DNA of 64,000 bases from Octopus vulgaris (GCA_951406725.2 OX597819.1:35030001-35094000), one strand, 5' to 3'. Numbered from the stretch's first letter, positions 1 to 12,838 are shown. The notes: generated from the sequence alone by a model not told the origin. Numbers and translations: made by a program.

Positions 1-875
1 CAATCTGAATGAAGATAGATTTGGATTTGGTATCATACCAGTTGTGTTGGACATCTGTATTCTAGGGGATGGTAAGGTCTTCAACAGTCCAATTAGTGAG
101 AGCTGAGTCCAGTTTCCAGACCATATCAGGTTCAGCCATCCCACAGAGTACTGCATTGATGAGCATGAGACTGGAGGAGATCAAGGACAGATAGGCCAGC
201 AGAATCAGATCCAATGCGGAATGGATGCCAAAGTCACTGAACAGGTATTTAGCCTGATGCCAGCCAGTGCTGTCAAAACATTGCAGATCAGTTCAGCACA
301 GCACTGGATGGTGGCGACGATTGCACTGAAGCAATCTATGAGAGGATAACATAGCACACTGAGTAGCAAGAAAAGGAGCTTAGGCAGGGCAAAGCAATTC
401 CTCAAAAGGAAGATCGCCAGATGTGTCATTGAGGTGCAATCTCTCAGTCATCCTAGATTAGTTAAGTCCACAAGCTTGGTCTCCAGGCACTCTTATGGTT
501 TTCGGGAGAATTGCAGAGCCATGCAGACAACATTCCTTGGCATCAGCCAAGTCCCCATCAAGACAGCCTGGATATTGAGTACAGTATCTTGGAATTCAAT
601 CTCACCACAGATCACATTTATCATCTCTGATTGGAGGAGTTGATCTCAAACCCAAGAATCTTTAAGGGCTGGGATGACCTGCTGAAGATACTCAACTATA
701 GGCTCAACCAAGACACCCAGGGTCACATCATCCTGATACCAGACATTGAAGGGTGGATAAATTGATTGGGCAACATCATCGACAGCCAACACAAAAAGGA
801 GTGGAGTAAGAGGGCCACTTTGCTGGATGCCTGTAGGGTAAGCAATCCTGTTGTCAGCAGCCATGAAAAAGGGCT
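1..875 (-). mobile_element. Decayed non-LTR retrotransposon RT fragment (CRE-like)
   Basis: GIQQSGPLTPLLF...WYQDDVTL resembles the GVQQGDPLGPLLF / WYLDD RT motifs; broken frames. Confidence 0.7.
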
Positions 876-3149
876 ACACCACCACCTAGCTGATACATTA
901 CAACTGAAGAAAGTAGTTGGTATGTGAGAGGAACACAAACATGAGAAGAAGCATTTTTTCAAAAAATACAATGAACCACTCAGTCCAGGAATTGAAACCA
1001 CAATCTTGCAATCATGAGTGCAATGACCACTAGGCCATGTGGCCTCTAAAATTTCAGTGGACACTAACATATTTAACCCTTTGGCATTCAGAATATTTGA
1101 TCAAATTTAGTGCTTATATATCTACATTGTTTTGAATTGATCATGCATTATCTTGTAGCTTTGAGATTTTGAGGATGTGATTATTTTTAAGAATGACATT
1201 GCTGGGTATGTGTGAGAAGTCAGACTTGGCTGGTTTGAACATAGAATACGTAGAATATTTAAGCCAGATTTGGCTGTTTTAAATGCTAAAGGATTAAAGA
1301 AGTAAGCCAAGATATTTAATTAATTAAAATTACACCTGTAATGAGGAGAAAAAAAATCTTTTAACTTAATTATTAGTTCTAATCAAGAGAGGCAAGGAGA
1401 AACAACCTTGGAATGAAAGTAATAACAGAACATAATGTGGAGTGAGTTTGATCTTTGGTAACACAATGACAACTAGTGGACAGGTTTCAATCATTAATGA
1501 ATCACGGTCTAATCATTACTAACATGTCTAAGACTGACCAGAGAGAGATATAGGGTTTTAGTAAATGGACATTGAGTGGAGTATTAACTTAAAAGAATGA
1601 CCAAGGGAAAAAATATTCACAGGATCAACTGCTGCATGAAAAAATAATTGGCAGAGTGGATGCTAAGATATTTAATGGAGTAAGAAAAGAAATTACACTT
1701 GTAGTGAAAACGAAAAAAGTTGATTATTAATTCTAATAAAAAAAGACAAGGGAGACAATTATAGAATTTTAAATTGAGACTCCAGGCATGTTTTAGTTGT
1801 ATCAGACCTCATTAGTGATGCATAGCCTAAACACTGCTGTCTAACTTTAGAATGACTAGAGAGAAAAGCAAAATAAATAGAATTCATTAAAAAGGTATAT
1901 CAATAAAAAGTTATTTGTATGTGTTATTTTCTACTGGTTTCAATCATAGCCTTTCCGATTCTTTCTTTCAAAAGAAACATAATTGTCAATTTCAGATTAA
2001 TAATAATGTGACTTAGCAGAATGTTAAAACACAGAGAAGTGGAAAATGCTAAATGTATTTAAAAACTCCTTTATCATACAACTTCTACCATCACCACCAC
2101 CACTACTACTACTATTCTTGTGACCTACTAGATATATACTATATGTATGTAAATATCTACGTGTGTGTGTGTGTGTGTGTCCCCTGCCACCGGTGTTGGT
2201 GTGTTTACATCTCCATAACTTAGTGGTTCAGCGAAAGAGACCAGTAGAATAAGTACAAGGCTTTAAAAAAACAAGTCCTGGGATCGATTTATTCAACCAG
2301 AACCCTTCAAGGTGGTGCCCCAGCATGGCCACAGTCAAGTGATTGAAACAAGTAAAAGATACTATTTTTGATAGGTATTTTTCTTCTTTCATGAAGATTA
2401 GGAGTCATTATTATCATTAATTTTATCCTTTCTTTTCGTTATGCATTAGCTGAGATTTCTCAAGGAAATATTCTACAGGTGCAGGAGGCATGGTTGTGTG
2501 ATAAGGAGATTGCTTCCAAACAACATGGTTCCAAATTCAGTCCCACTAAATGGCACCTTGGGCAAGCGTCTTCTGCTACAGCCCTAAAAACCTCATCTGG
2601 AAAATCAGTCATCATTGAACGTTTGCCTTCCATGCAGATATGGGTTGGACGATAAAATGCTAAATGTATTTAAACTCCTTTTACCACCGGCCGCCACCAC
2701 CACCACCACCACTTTTATTTCCCTGTAGTACTACTTCTATTACAATGCTTCCTTGTACTATTACTTCTACAACTACATATCCTTGTAGTACTACTACTAC
2801 TGCTGCTGCTATGGCAAGGAGACTTCACAAAATGGAAGATAGGGAGTGTCTCATATGTTGGCTGTAAAGGCAAGAATACCTTTTCATAAAAAATGTAAAG
2901 ACTGAGTACAATAGACATTGCTATAAATGGTCATGACTCAGGCGACATAAAAGTAGATTCAGTGGTTCTTATGTAAACTATACATATTGTGGCAAAAGTG
3001 GAGCACTATTTGCAGAGATTTCAATTAATTATTTATAACTACACCAGTACTTTATCTGGTATATCTTTTACTGAATGATGTATAGTCTATTACATTGGTA
3101 AATAAACACACACACCATGTACGTACGTGTGTGTGTGTATACGTACGTA

Positions 3150-4266
3150 TATGTGGTCTGATCAATAAGAATCTGGACTGTTACCATAGTAACAAAGCTA
3201 AAGCATGCAGAGTGAAGCCACTTGGCACGGATTGACCTTGTACTCTTATTTGCTTCTATTATAGCAACTCAGTTCCAGTTTTAAAATATATTCTTATAAG
3301 GACAACATAGTGCGTATATGTATGCGTGTATATATATGTATGTACAGGTGTATATGTGAGTCTGCGTTTGTGTGCAAACTTGGGTAAGTGGGGCATTGAA
3401 ATAGTAACGCAGCTAAAGTGCGCAGGGTGAAGCTGCTTGGCACAGATTGACCTTGCACTAAGTTTTAACGTCGTAGCTCACTTCTGCTTACAATAGTGCT
3501 TGGAGGGAACGTGTGTAGCATGTGATCATTACATTCACCATGACAGAGAAAGTTGAGCAGAGAATCTGCATCAAATTTTGCCAAAAGCTTGTCAACACCT
3601 GCTCATAGGCCTATGCAAAGTCGTAGAAAGTTTATGGAGAGAAGTGTACGAGCAAATAAAATGTCAATAGTGACAAATGAATGTTTGTCACTATTGACAT
3701 TTACAGACCTGCAACCAGCAAAACTGAGAAAAACATTTCAGATGTGCCTGCAGCTGTGAGAGGAAAATCATCAAATCACCATTTGTGAGTTATCAGAGGA
3801 TATGCAGATTAGTTATGGTTCAGTTCAGTCCATTATCCCTGCAGATTTGGGTATGAGACTTATGTCTGCAAAGTCTCCGCCAAAACTGCTTTCAGCTGAC
3901 AACACACCTGTCCATTCAGCACAGCTTGCGCACCAGTTTTTGGTTAGGCACAGCAGTCTCCAAGTCCGACAGCCAATGTATTCCCCAGATCTTGACCCTT
4001 GTGATATTTTCCTCTTTCCAAAAAAATCAAATCCCGCTTGAAAGGAAGATTTCAGAATGTTGAGGAAATGAAACTGAATGTGACAAGGCAGATGCTGATT
4101 ATCTCAGAAAATGAGTTCCAAGAATGCTTCCATCAATGGAAACTGCTGGATTAAGTGTGTGACTTCTGCAGGGGACTACTTTGAAGGAGATTAAATGTTA
4201 AATTGGTACATGTTTTAGTTTTGTTTCTGTAGCACCAATCCAGATACTTATTGATGAGACCTCATA
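3150..4266 (+). mobile_element. Degenerate mariner transposon
   Basis: TA-flanked TIRs (tgtggtctgatcaataagaatctgga / tccagatacttattgatgagacctca); DNTPVH and YSPDLDPCDIFLFPK motifs. Confidence 0.9.
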
Positions 4267-4391
4267 TACATGTGTGTGTATAGAGAGAGAGAGAGGAGGG
4301 TGCTGAGGCCATGCAAAAGATATCTAGCACAGTCATCTGGCCTGCCAGCTCCTGTTGAACTGACCAACCCATATCAACATGGGAATGATGA

Positions 4392-4395
<4 letters not shown>

Positions 4396-4453
<58 letters not shown>

Positions 4454-4463
4454 CGTGTGTGTG
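4396..4463. repeat. (TG)n microsatellite, representative of many (TA)n/(TG)n/(CA)n tracts
   Basis: Read directly from the sequence. Confidence 0.95.
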
Positions 4464-5096
4464 TATGCAAATATAGTCAAGCCATTCATACATAAATCAC
4501 TGGTATAGATTTTAATATTCTGGATCCAGCTGAAGACTTATCACTTAGTCATCATTACTCTCAGGTATTATCTATCATTGAGTGGTAGTACCTGTCAAGA
4601 TCCCCAGTCAATGGTCAAACAGCAGATCATCTTGTAACTGAGGCATACAGGACTCGGGGAAGGGCTATTCCCTAGATATGTGTCACATAGGTCCATCAAT
4701 GTGTGAACATGTCTTGATAACACATGAACAAGTTCCCTTGCCTAATGGATTTAAATAGGGCCCCGTGCCTCAAGGATAGTTCAGGGGAGTAGATTAGTGG
4801 AGTGAAAATGTAAATAAACTGGAAGAAGGCAATGGGAAGTTACTGCAGTGTCTTCCCAAGAAAAATCCTGATTCTTCACACTTTGGTATGGAGATTAATG
4901 ATTGACAAAACACATGGGGAGGGGGGAGAGAAAGAGAGTTATACACACAGATTTTAATCCACTTTAGCAGAGTGCAAAGTTAAGTGATATATCTAAGGAC
5001 TTCCTAGTCATTACTATGATGACAGTGATACAAAAGAAATGCGACAGGATGCACAAAACCTTATCAGAAAAAAAAAAACTTGCATCGAACAACAAA

Positions 5097-5333
5097 TAGC
5101 ATTCTATTTGATTTTACAGTAAAGCTATTTAAACAGCTTTTGTTCAATCTTGAAAGGGTCATTATGCTAATAATAAACACATGAACTAGAACTGTTTCAC
5201 TTCTTTTATTATTAATAATAATAATAAAAGAAGTGAAACATAACCAGTGAATGTATTTATTGTTGGCGTAATGACCCCTCCAGGCACAACAAAAAGCTAT
5301 TTAAATAGTTTTCTATAAAATCAAACAAAGCTA
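5097..5333. repeat. Long imperfect palindrome (~115-bp arms)
   Basis: Arms are reverse-complementary around a central (TAA)n; inner 21 bp are perfect. Confidence 0.85.
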
Positions 5334-5775
5334 ATCTTAATATTCTTTCTAATTTTGGCACAAGGCCAGCAATTTTGAGGGGAGTGGACATTGATTACAC
5401 CAACCCCAGAGTTCAACTGGTATTATTTTATTGATCCCCAAATAAAATAAGCCACATAATCAGACAAGAACTTGTCGTCTCTGATATAAGGAAAAAAAAT
5501 GAAACATTCACTGATGTTGCAAATCGCTGCCTAAATGATAAAAAGATAGTGTATAATCAAAATATCTATCTGTATATCATAAGTAATGTATATACACTGT
5601 GAATAGATCACGATGTGAGTATGCACCAACTAAAAGGGTCAAAAAAGGCCAAAATGCAGCTGATGCTCTTGCAGGCCAAATGTTAATTTGTCTCTCAGGG
5701 AGTCCATAAGGGATGTTATATCTTGGACAAGTAGTGCAGTAGCTGGCCTGCATCAAGTATGATACATAGATGGCG

Positions 5776-5829
<54 letters not shown>

Positions 5830-5889
5830 GTGTATAGACATTATATGTATACATGTATGTATATACACACATATAATACATGTGTGTGT

Positions 5890-6510
5890 GTGTATCATTT
5901 ATAGAAAACAAATCTGGATCAGAAACACACTCTAAGATGTAGAGCAGTATATATTAAAAATGGGGAAGGCTGGTTTATAGGATTACACTAGGTTTCCCAT
6001 CCATAAAGGGTTTAGCTTTATGGCATATCATCAGACCCCAAAACCTGTTGGCCTAAGAACTCTTCAAAATATGGAGGGGCAAAGGCCTTGCTACGAAAGT
6101 AAACAATAGGGTATTATTTCCCTTTGCCATTGGCTATCAACTTCCGGCTTTGCCACCATCTTGCAGGACCCAAAAGGCTAACACGAATTTCCTAAAATGT
6201 AAACATGGCCCGAAAATTTCCATTCTGGAGTTAAGGATGTTACCTGGTTCGAGCAAATCTTTTAGGATTCTCATGCATTCAGCTATGCATAACTTGCAAC
6301 ACCTTGTCCCGTCGATGTTGGGGACTGGGGTCTTGAGGATTTTCCATGAGATTGAGTATAGGATCCCATCATCTCTTAGTTGCCAGACATGGCTGGCCAG
6401 TGATGTTACGTATCTCTTTTCTGGAAGTCTAAAGGAGGACCTATGGTTGGAAACATGATGCTTGAGAGAATTCCTGGTACACCTGATGTATCTCCATGGG
6501 TGCATGTTGT
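5890..6510 (-). mobile_element. Penelope-like element 3' fragment (GIY-YIG-associated C-terminus plus 3' region)
   Basis: ORF 6137-6505 with TSLASHVW, WKIL, CKLCIAE and LNSRMEI..C.H motifs typical of PLE C-termini; flanked by microsatellites. Confidence 0.8.
5972..6045 (-). ncRNA. Type I minimal hammerhead ribozyme motif
   Basis: GGUUUUGGGGU-CUGAUGA-stem II (CCAUAAAG/CUUUAUGG)-GAAA-CCUAGU-GUA-AUCCUAUAAACC; stem I arms are complementary. Confidence 0.7.
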
Positions 6511-6610
6511 CAGTGCTGCTGCTGTCTACTTCTCATTTCAAAGTAGATAGACAGACAGATACATATATATATATATATTATTTAATTAAACACCACACAT
6601 CCATTTCCAA

Positions 6611-6651
<41 letters not shown>

Positions 6652-6669
6652 AGTATGCGTGTGTGTGTG

Positions 6670-6705
<36 letters not shown>

Positions 6706-7448
6706 CACACACACACACACATGTATATATGGTTACAGTAATATATTTAGAATTATCCAACTGAATATATCTCTAAATTCTTATTTCATGAGAATTATTA
6801 ATCCATTTATATATTAACCGTTGAATGACCTATTTTGAAAACCTGTCAGTAAACTGGTGTGTGTGTGTGTGTGTGTATGTGTGTATATATATGTATGTAT
6901 GTGCATACACACACACACAAATGTAGATTACATACATGAAGTTGTAAATTTTTTTTTTTTGTGAAAATATTACACACCTTGCAATGTTAATGTCTTCTGT
7001 TATAAATATCTTCTAGCTAAACTATTCATGCCTCGCCTTGCATGGAGCATCAACTTATTTTCATATCAACATTTGCTTTCTATCTGATTTTGCTAACTTT
7101 TTAAACAACACATTTTTTTTTACTAATAGGTGTTTCTTTTTTAAGTGTCTCTCATCGCAGGAAACAGGATTGACCTTTTTATCTTATATCCTGTTTGATG
7201 TTTACACCTCAAACCAGGAAAATCCTGTATGCTGTGAAAGTACTTTATTATAGAAAAGTGGTAATTGTACCCCTGTTTCCCTGTTGAAAGAAACTTATGA
7301 ACAGGATTAAGGACATTAATTATAACTAGTTGGATAGTTGGGAAGGTCTTTGTTTTTTAGATAAAATAATATACACCTCTATAAACATTTTATTTAGGAA
7401 ATAACTAGAGATTTTAAATCTCATGGTATTTGCAGATTATATAGCATA

Positions 7449-7840
7449 GGCACAGGAGTGGCTGCATGGTATGAAGCTTGCTTCCCAACCACATGGTTCT
7501 GGGTTAAGTCCCACTCCACAACACCTTGGGCAAGTGTCTTCTATAGCCTCGGGACAACTAAAAGTCTTGTGAGTGTATTTGGTAGATAGAAACTGAAAGC
7601 TGCCTGTCATGTATGCATATTTATATGTGTGTGTGTGTGTGTGTGTGTTTGTCCCCCACCACAAATTGACAACTGGTGTTGGTGTGTTTACATCTTTGTA
7701 ATTTAGTAGTTCAGCAAAAAAAGAACGACAGAATAAATACTAAGCTTTAAAAAAAAGTCCTGGATTGATTTGTTTGACAGAACCCTTCTAGATGGTGCCC
7801 CAGCATGGCAACAGTCAAGTGACTGAAATGAGTTAAAGAT
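7449..7840 (+). mobile_element. tRNA-derived SINE (Octopus OK/OR-like)
   Basis: A/B-box-like head (gtggctg..tggt / ggttaagtccc), central TA/TG microsatellite, shared 3' body; many copies in the window. Confidence 0.85.
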
Positions 7841-8509
7841 ACTATTCTTGATAGGTATTTTTCTTCTTTCATGATGATTAGAACTATTGTCCTTATTTAT
7901 TTTTGTATCTTCTTTTTTTCTTATGCATTTGCAGAGATTTCTCATGGAATATTCTATAGGTTCAGGCATGGCTGTGTGGTAAGATTGCTCCCCAATCACA
8001 TGGTTCCAGGTTCAGTCCCACTAAGTGGCACCTTGGGAAAGTGTCTTCTACTATATCCCTAAAAACCTCATTTTGATAAAAATATAATCAAATTTGGAAT
8101 TTATAAGAATTTTCTACACAGGGTAGACTGTAAATAATTTCTTTCTTTCAATAAAAGTTACCTGCTTCAAACTAATTAATAAGCAACTTTATTATAATTA
8201 CACACACACACACACACACACAGATGCAATGCTGCTCATACTTCAGACATAAATGCACAAAATTATGTACAGAAAATACAAGTCAATTAAATTCCAGCAT
8301 TGCTGGATTTTCTCAATTTGTTTATCTTTGTATATATTAGAACTTTCAAACTATTTATAAATTTCAAATATAAACAAACAACAAAAATAACTGTAAAAAC
8401 CTCACAATGCCGGAATTTAATTGACTTGTATATATATATAGGAACAAATAGATGTTGAGTTATACCAAGGTATGCATGTAAATAAACATAAATAAAATAA
8501 GTCGCCATG

Positions 8510-8675
8510 ATAGATCATTAGCCACTACACACATTTTTTCTGTGTCCCTTTCTGTAGAAGAGCGTAGGCTCGAAACGTAAAAGACTTATTCTATTCCTGA
8601 GCATTATACTAATACATCTATTTGTTTTGTACACCACCTGTCTTCATCTTTTGTTTTTTTCGTAAACTCTCCCTA
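8510..8675 (+). mobile_element. Short repeat carrying a hammerhead-like motif (copy 1)
   Basis: Similar to inverted copy at 61115-61275; contains ctgtagaagagcgtaggctcgaaacgta. Confidence 0.65.
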
Positions 8676-9086
8676 AATAAAAAAAACTCTTATGTGAGAG
8701 ATACACACACATATTTTGTATACAGTTACACAATCCCTTTCTACTTTTCTGCTATAGGCATAAGGTTTGAAATTTTGGACAAGAGGTCTAATCAAATATA
8801 TCAATCCCAGTACAAGGCTGGTATTTATTTTATCAACTCTGAAAAGATGAAAGGCAAAGTTGACCTCAGCAGAATTTCGACAGAACATAGACATTGTTCG
8901 CAGTGCTAACGATTCTGTCAGCTCACCACCTTACATATACAAAATACATACACACACTTTCATTATTCCAATTTTATATAGTCACATGAAACAAAAATGT
9001 ATCTCAATCATAAGATGCACTGATGCACTGTAACACTGGTGAAGAGGCAGAATGAAGCATACCTTTATTTGATGCATTACAGAGCT

Positions 9087-9490
9087 GGGATCTTTTCGGT
9101 TTGAACGGCAGTTTTTTCTAGCGGTGTCATTTGAAATTGTCACCCATAATTATGACCCTAGTATCGATCTATTGCATTTCAATCTGTTAGGGTTAGGGGA
9201 AGGGTATCTTTTTTTTTTCTTCACAAATGTAAATAAACTCAACGTGTTTCTTAAATGAGGGACATATTCATACGGCACAGAATGTTTTTTTACCTCAACA
9301 GACGTCAGTGATTGGTTGAAATTGCAGAAATTGAAGAAAAAAAAACAAATCTTACAAACGATAGAATTTTCTCAATAAAGCCAAGAGAAAAAGATGTTTT
9401 ATAAACACATTCTACCAGTATACGAAGTTTAAAATCTTTTAGTTACCTAGAAATTATGTTAAAAACTGCCGTTCAAACCAAAACAATCCC
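9087..9490. mobile_element. Non-autonomous DNA transposon (GGGATC TIRs, 6-bp TSD AGAGCT, internal TTAGGG repeats)
   Basis: TIRs gggatcttttcggtttgaacggcag / ctgccgttcaaaccaaaacaatccc; agagct on both flanks. Confidence 0.9.
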
Positions 9491-10049
9491 AGAGCTGAAC
9501 TCACAGCAAGTGTATTTAATATAAACATTGAGTTTTTTTTAGTTAAAAACTGTGTCTGTCAACATGAAAATAGTAACCATTGACTGAATTCCATATATGA
9601 AATTCGCATTTCTGCAATGACTATGTAATCAAATTTTTTATACTTAATAATAAATATTTATATTTGTAGTCTACCTCATAAGCTTATAGGGTTCATCCTC
9701 TGCTAGATAGCCCTGGCTGTTTCAGTTTGTGCAGTAAAATGGCTTCCACTACCACTTCTCAAGGAACAATCAGACAAATTAATTGTTCCAATAATAATAA
9801 TTAGAAATTCTTTATTTTCTTTGTTTCTTTTGCTTGGTTTTTTTTTACAAAAAATACTTCTGAATATAATAAAGCATGTGATTATTAAAGAATTGTTTTC
9901 ATTTGCTTCTTTCATTAATATGATGACATTTTCAGACTATATGAATAAGTTTATTCTTCAGCATTTTATGTCTTCTTTTTGTTCCTTTTTTCATACATTA
10001 CAGAGTTTATCTGAGGCATTTTTAAAGCTAGATGCCCTTCCTGTTGCCT

Positions 10050-10466
10050 ATCTAAGTAAAGATTTCAAACTTGAAATCTTCAAAGCCACAGTCGAACCAA
10101 TTCTACTATATGGCTCAGAAACCTGGACGTTATCAAAGAAGCTTGAGAGGCGGTTGGATGGAACTTACACTCGCCTCCTTATGAGAGCTCAAAATCTCTC
10201 GTGGAAGTGTCATCCAACCAAAGTACAAATATATGGGAAACTACCACCTGTATCATCTCTTGTGAAAGGTAGGAGAGTCCAGTTTGCTGGACATTGTTGT
10301 AGAGCTGAAAACGAGGCAATTTCTACTCTTCCCCTCTGGAAGCCATCTACTCGCGATACCAGGCATCCAGCAACAGGACCTCCGTAATGCTATGATGGAC
10401 CGTGAAGTCTGGCGTAGCATAGTAAATTCCATTGTCTCGATCACGGTCGAACAATGATGGTGATGA
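10050..10466 (+). mobile_element. RTE-clade LINE 3' fragment (family A)
   Basis: FKATVEPILLYGSETWTL...FAGHC motifs and tga-repeat tail; has an internal deletion relative to the 55675 copy. Confidence 0.88.
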
Positions 10467-11035
10467 ATTTTAGACACCTCTTGCAACATGTAAAGACACA
10501 GTGTACTAATTCTAAAACAGGGATAAACATAGATACTGGGATGCCCGAAGTTTGTTAAAGCTACCAGCTGATTAAATTTTAAAAAAAACAAACAATATAT
10601 GTTGATAATAAATATCTGACAACTTGAATTCACAAATGTGCATTTTATTTCCAACTTAAACACTTCAGCAATTGAACTAGTCTAATATTTAACTTAATTC
10701 AACACATCTCTCTATCAATTTTTAATTAGTTTTCTAATTCTTCCATCATAACAAAACTTGTTGGTTATATAGAATAACTTTCCCACCTCAAAAGTAAGCT
10801 GTCAAAACTATTCAAACACCTCTTGACAACCGATAAAATGTTATTATATCAGAAGTCCCACAACATTTTCCTTTCTGTTTATGAATGTATTACTTGCTGG
10901 TACTTCTAACCACACATGCACTCTTATATAAATAATATGAATCATCATTCTTTTTCAACTTTACACATGCAAACACACAAATTACTGAAACAACAAACTA
11001 AACCTTTCTCTTCCATCTAAGACAAAAATTATATA

Positions 11036-11675
11036 TCATCATCATTTAATGTCTGTTTTCTATGCTGGCATGGGTTGGATGGTTTGACAGGAGTTAGCCA
11101 GTTGAAAAGCTACCTGGGCTCTGTGTATTTCAGCATGGTTTCTATGGCTGGATACCCTTCCTAATGCCAACCCCTTTACAGAGTGTACTGGGTGCTTTTG
11201 TACAACATAGGCACTTTTACATGGCACCAGCACAGGTGCTTTTTATGTAGCACCAACACCAAGCTCACAAGATTAGGATTACTCAATGACAATCAAAATT
11301 TTACTTAGCTTGATCTGTCTTAAGCACAGCAAACTGCCAGAAGTCACAGTCCCTTGTCATCTGCTCTGTGAGGCCCAATGTTTTAAGATCCTTTCTCACT
11401 ACTTCATCTCTTGTCTTCCTGGGTCTACCCCTTCCACTATTAGAAATCGCCACTTCTTGATGCATCTAACTTCATTTATATGCATCATGTTACTGTAACA
11501 GTACAGTCTTCTCTTTTGTACATTATATCTAATGCCTCACATACCCAGTTTTTCTCTCAAATCACTTACACTCTGTTGTATATGTACACTGGATATTACC
11601 CATCTAGTGGTGCATACAAGCTTCATTTCTTTCAAGCCTTCGCATGTCCTCAGTAGTCACTGCCCATGTAGCATT
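11036..11675 (-). mobile_element. RTE-clade LINE 3' fragment (family B), old
   Basis: (CAT)n tail on +, shared 3' UTR, decayed C-terminal coding remnant. Confidence 0.75.
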
Positions 11676-12801
11676 GTTTGTATATAATAAAATGAATCAT
11701 AAAGAAGCAAGAACAGTAAACTTTGGTATAGGCTTCATTCAGATTAGAAATGACGTTTTTACTAAAATAAACTGGAAGGATTAAAAATATTGTTAAGAAT
11801 TTTTGTCCCTATACAATCAATCTCTTCATGTTAGGTACATTTTGTGTGTGAGTGTAAGTGTGTGTGTGCGATTAACATTTGGATAATAATGATTATTTTA
11901 AGGAACAAATAAGGAATGCTGTGACTGCATAAATGCCTTGTATTAAGACAGGTCACAGATAGCATGAAGGACATGGAATGTAGTCTGTTTGCATTAATTG
12001 ACTCTCTATTTAGAAATACCTACCAATCCTACAGTTGATTTTAAGTAGCAGACAGCTTTAAAACACATGCTCCAAAGAGAAATGGGTGTGATTTAACCAG
12101 TTTGATTTTGTCTTGATGTCAAAAATGAAGCCTCTACGAATAAATTAAATGGTAAACCTGGTGGATAAGGTTTTAACAAATATAAGGTAAAATTGTAAGC
12201 AATCCAGTGTTATCGAAGAGAAACTTATGAAGTAATAAATAATTGTGGCCAACTGAGAACTGGTGACGTGAATATGGTAGAATTGGGTGATTCATGAGTA
12301 GACTAGAGATGTTGATGAAAGAAACACATGAAAGGGTTGAGTACTGATCTAACTGATGTAGTTAATGGATGAGAAAATGGCTAGTAATGGAGGATGAGCC
12401 TCATTGACCTTACTCCAACATAAAAATATTAGATATATATAATAATGATCAACAACTATAGCAGTGGCAAATGGTGGTTGTAGCCACACCCAATGCCACC
12501 AAATTTTAAGGGGTATAACAAAAGTTTTCCATTAAGATTTGTGATTGAATAAATGAGTAAAGATTAATATTTATAATGAGTTTCCCATTTTCGAAGGGTA
12601 TGCAGAGCAAACCTGGAATATATGTCACTGAAATATAATATGCTCTAGCTGTAAATATAAACCGTCTAGTTAACATAATGACAGCTTTTCCCTTTAAATT
12701 AAATTTACTTTTTAAATGTCACACAAAAGAAACAGGTGGGGGTTGGTGGCAGGAAGAACATCCAGCTGTAAAAACTTGTCACGCAAATAGTACAGCACAT
12801 A

Positions 12802-12838
<37 letters not shown>

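Noticed and set aside
6462-6764. ORFs rich in YI/HT/CV dipeptides here and elsewhere
   Set aside because: Translations of (TA)n, (CA)n and (TG)n microsatellites.
9186-9200. Interstitial telomere
   Set aside because: Only about two TTAGGG units, internal to a TIR element.
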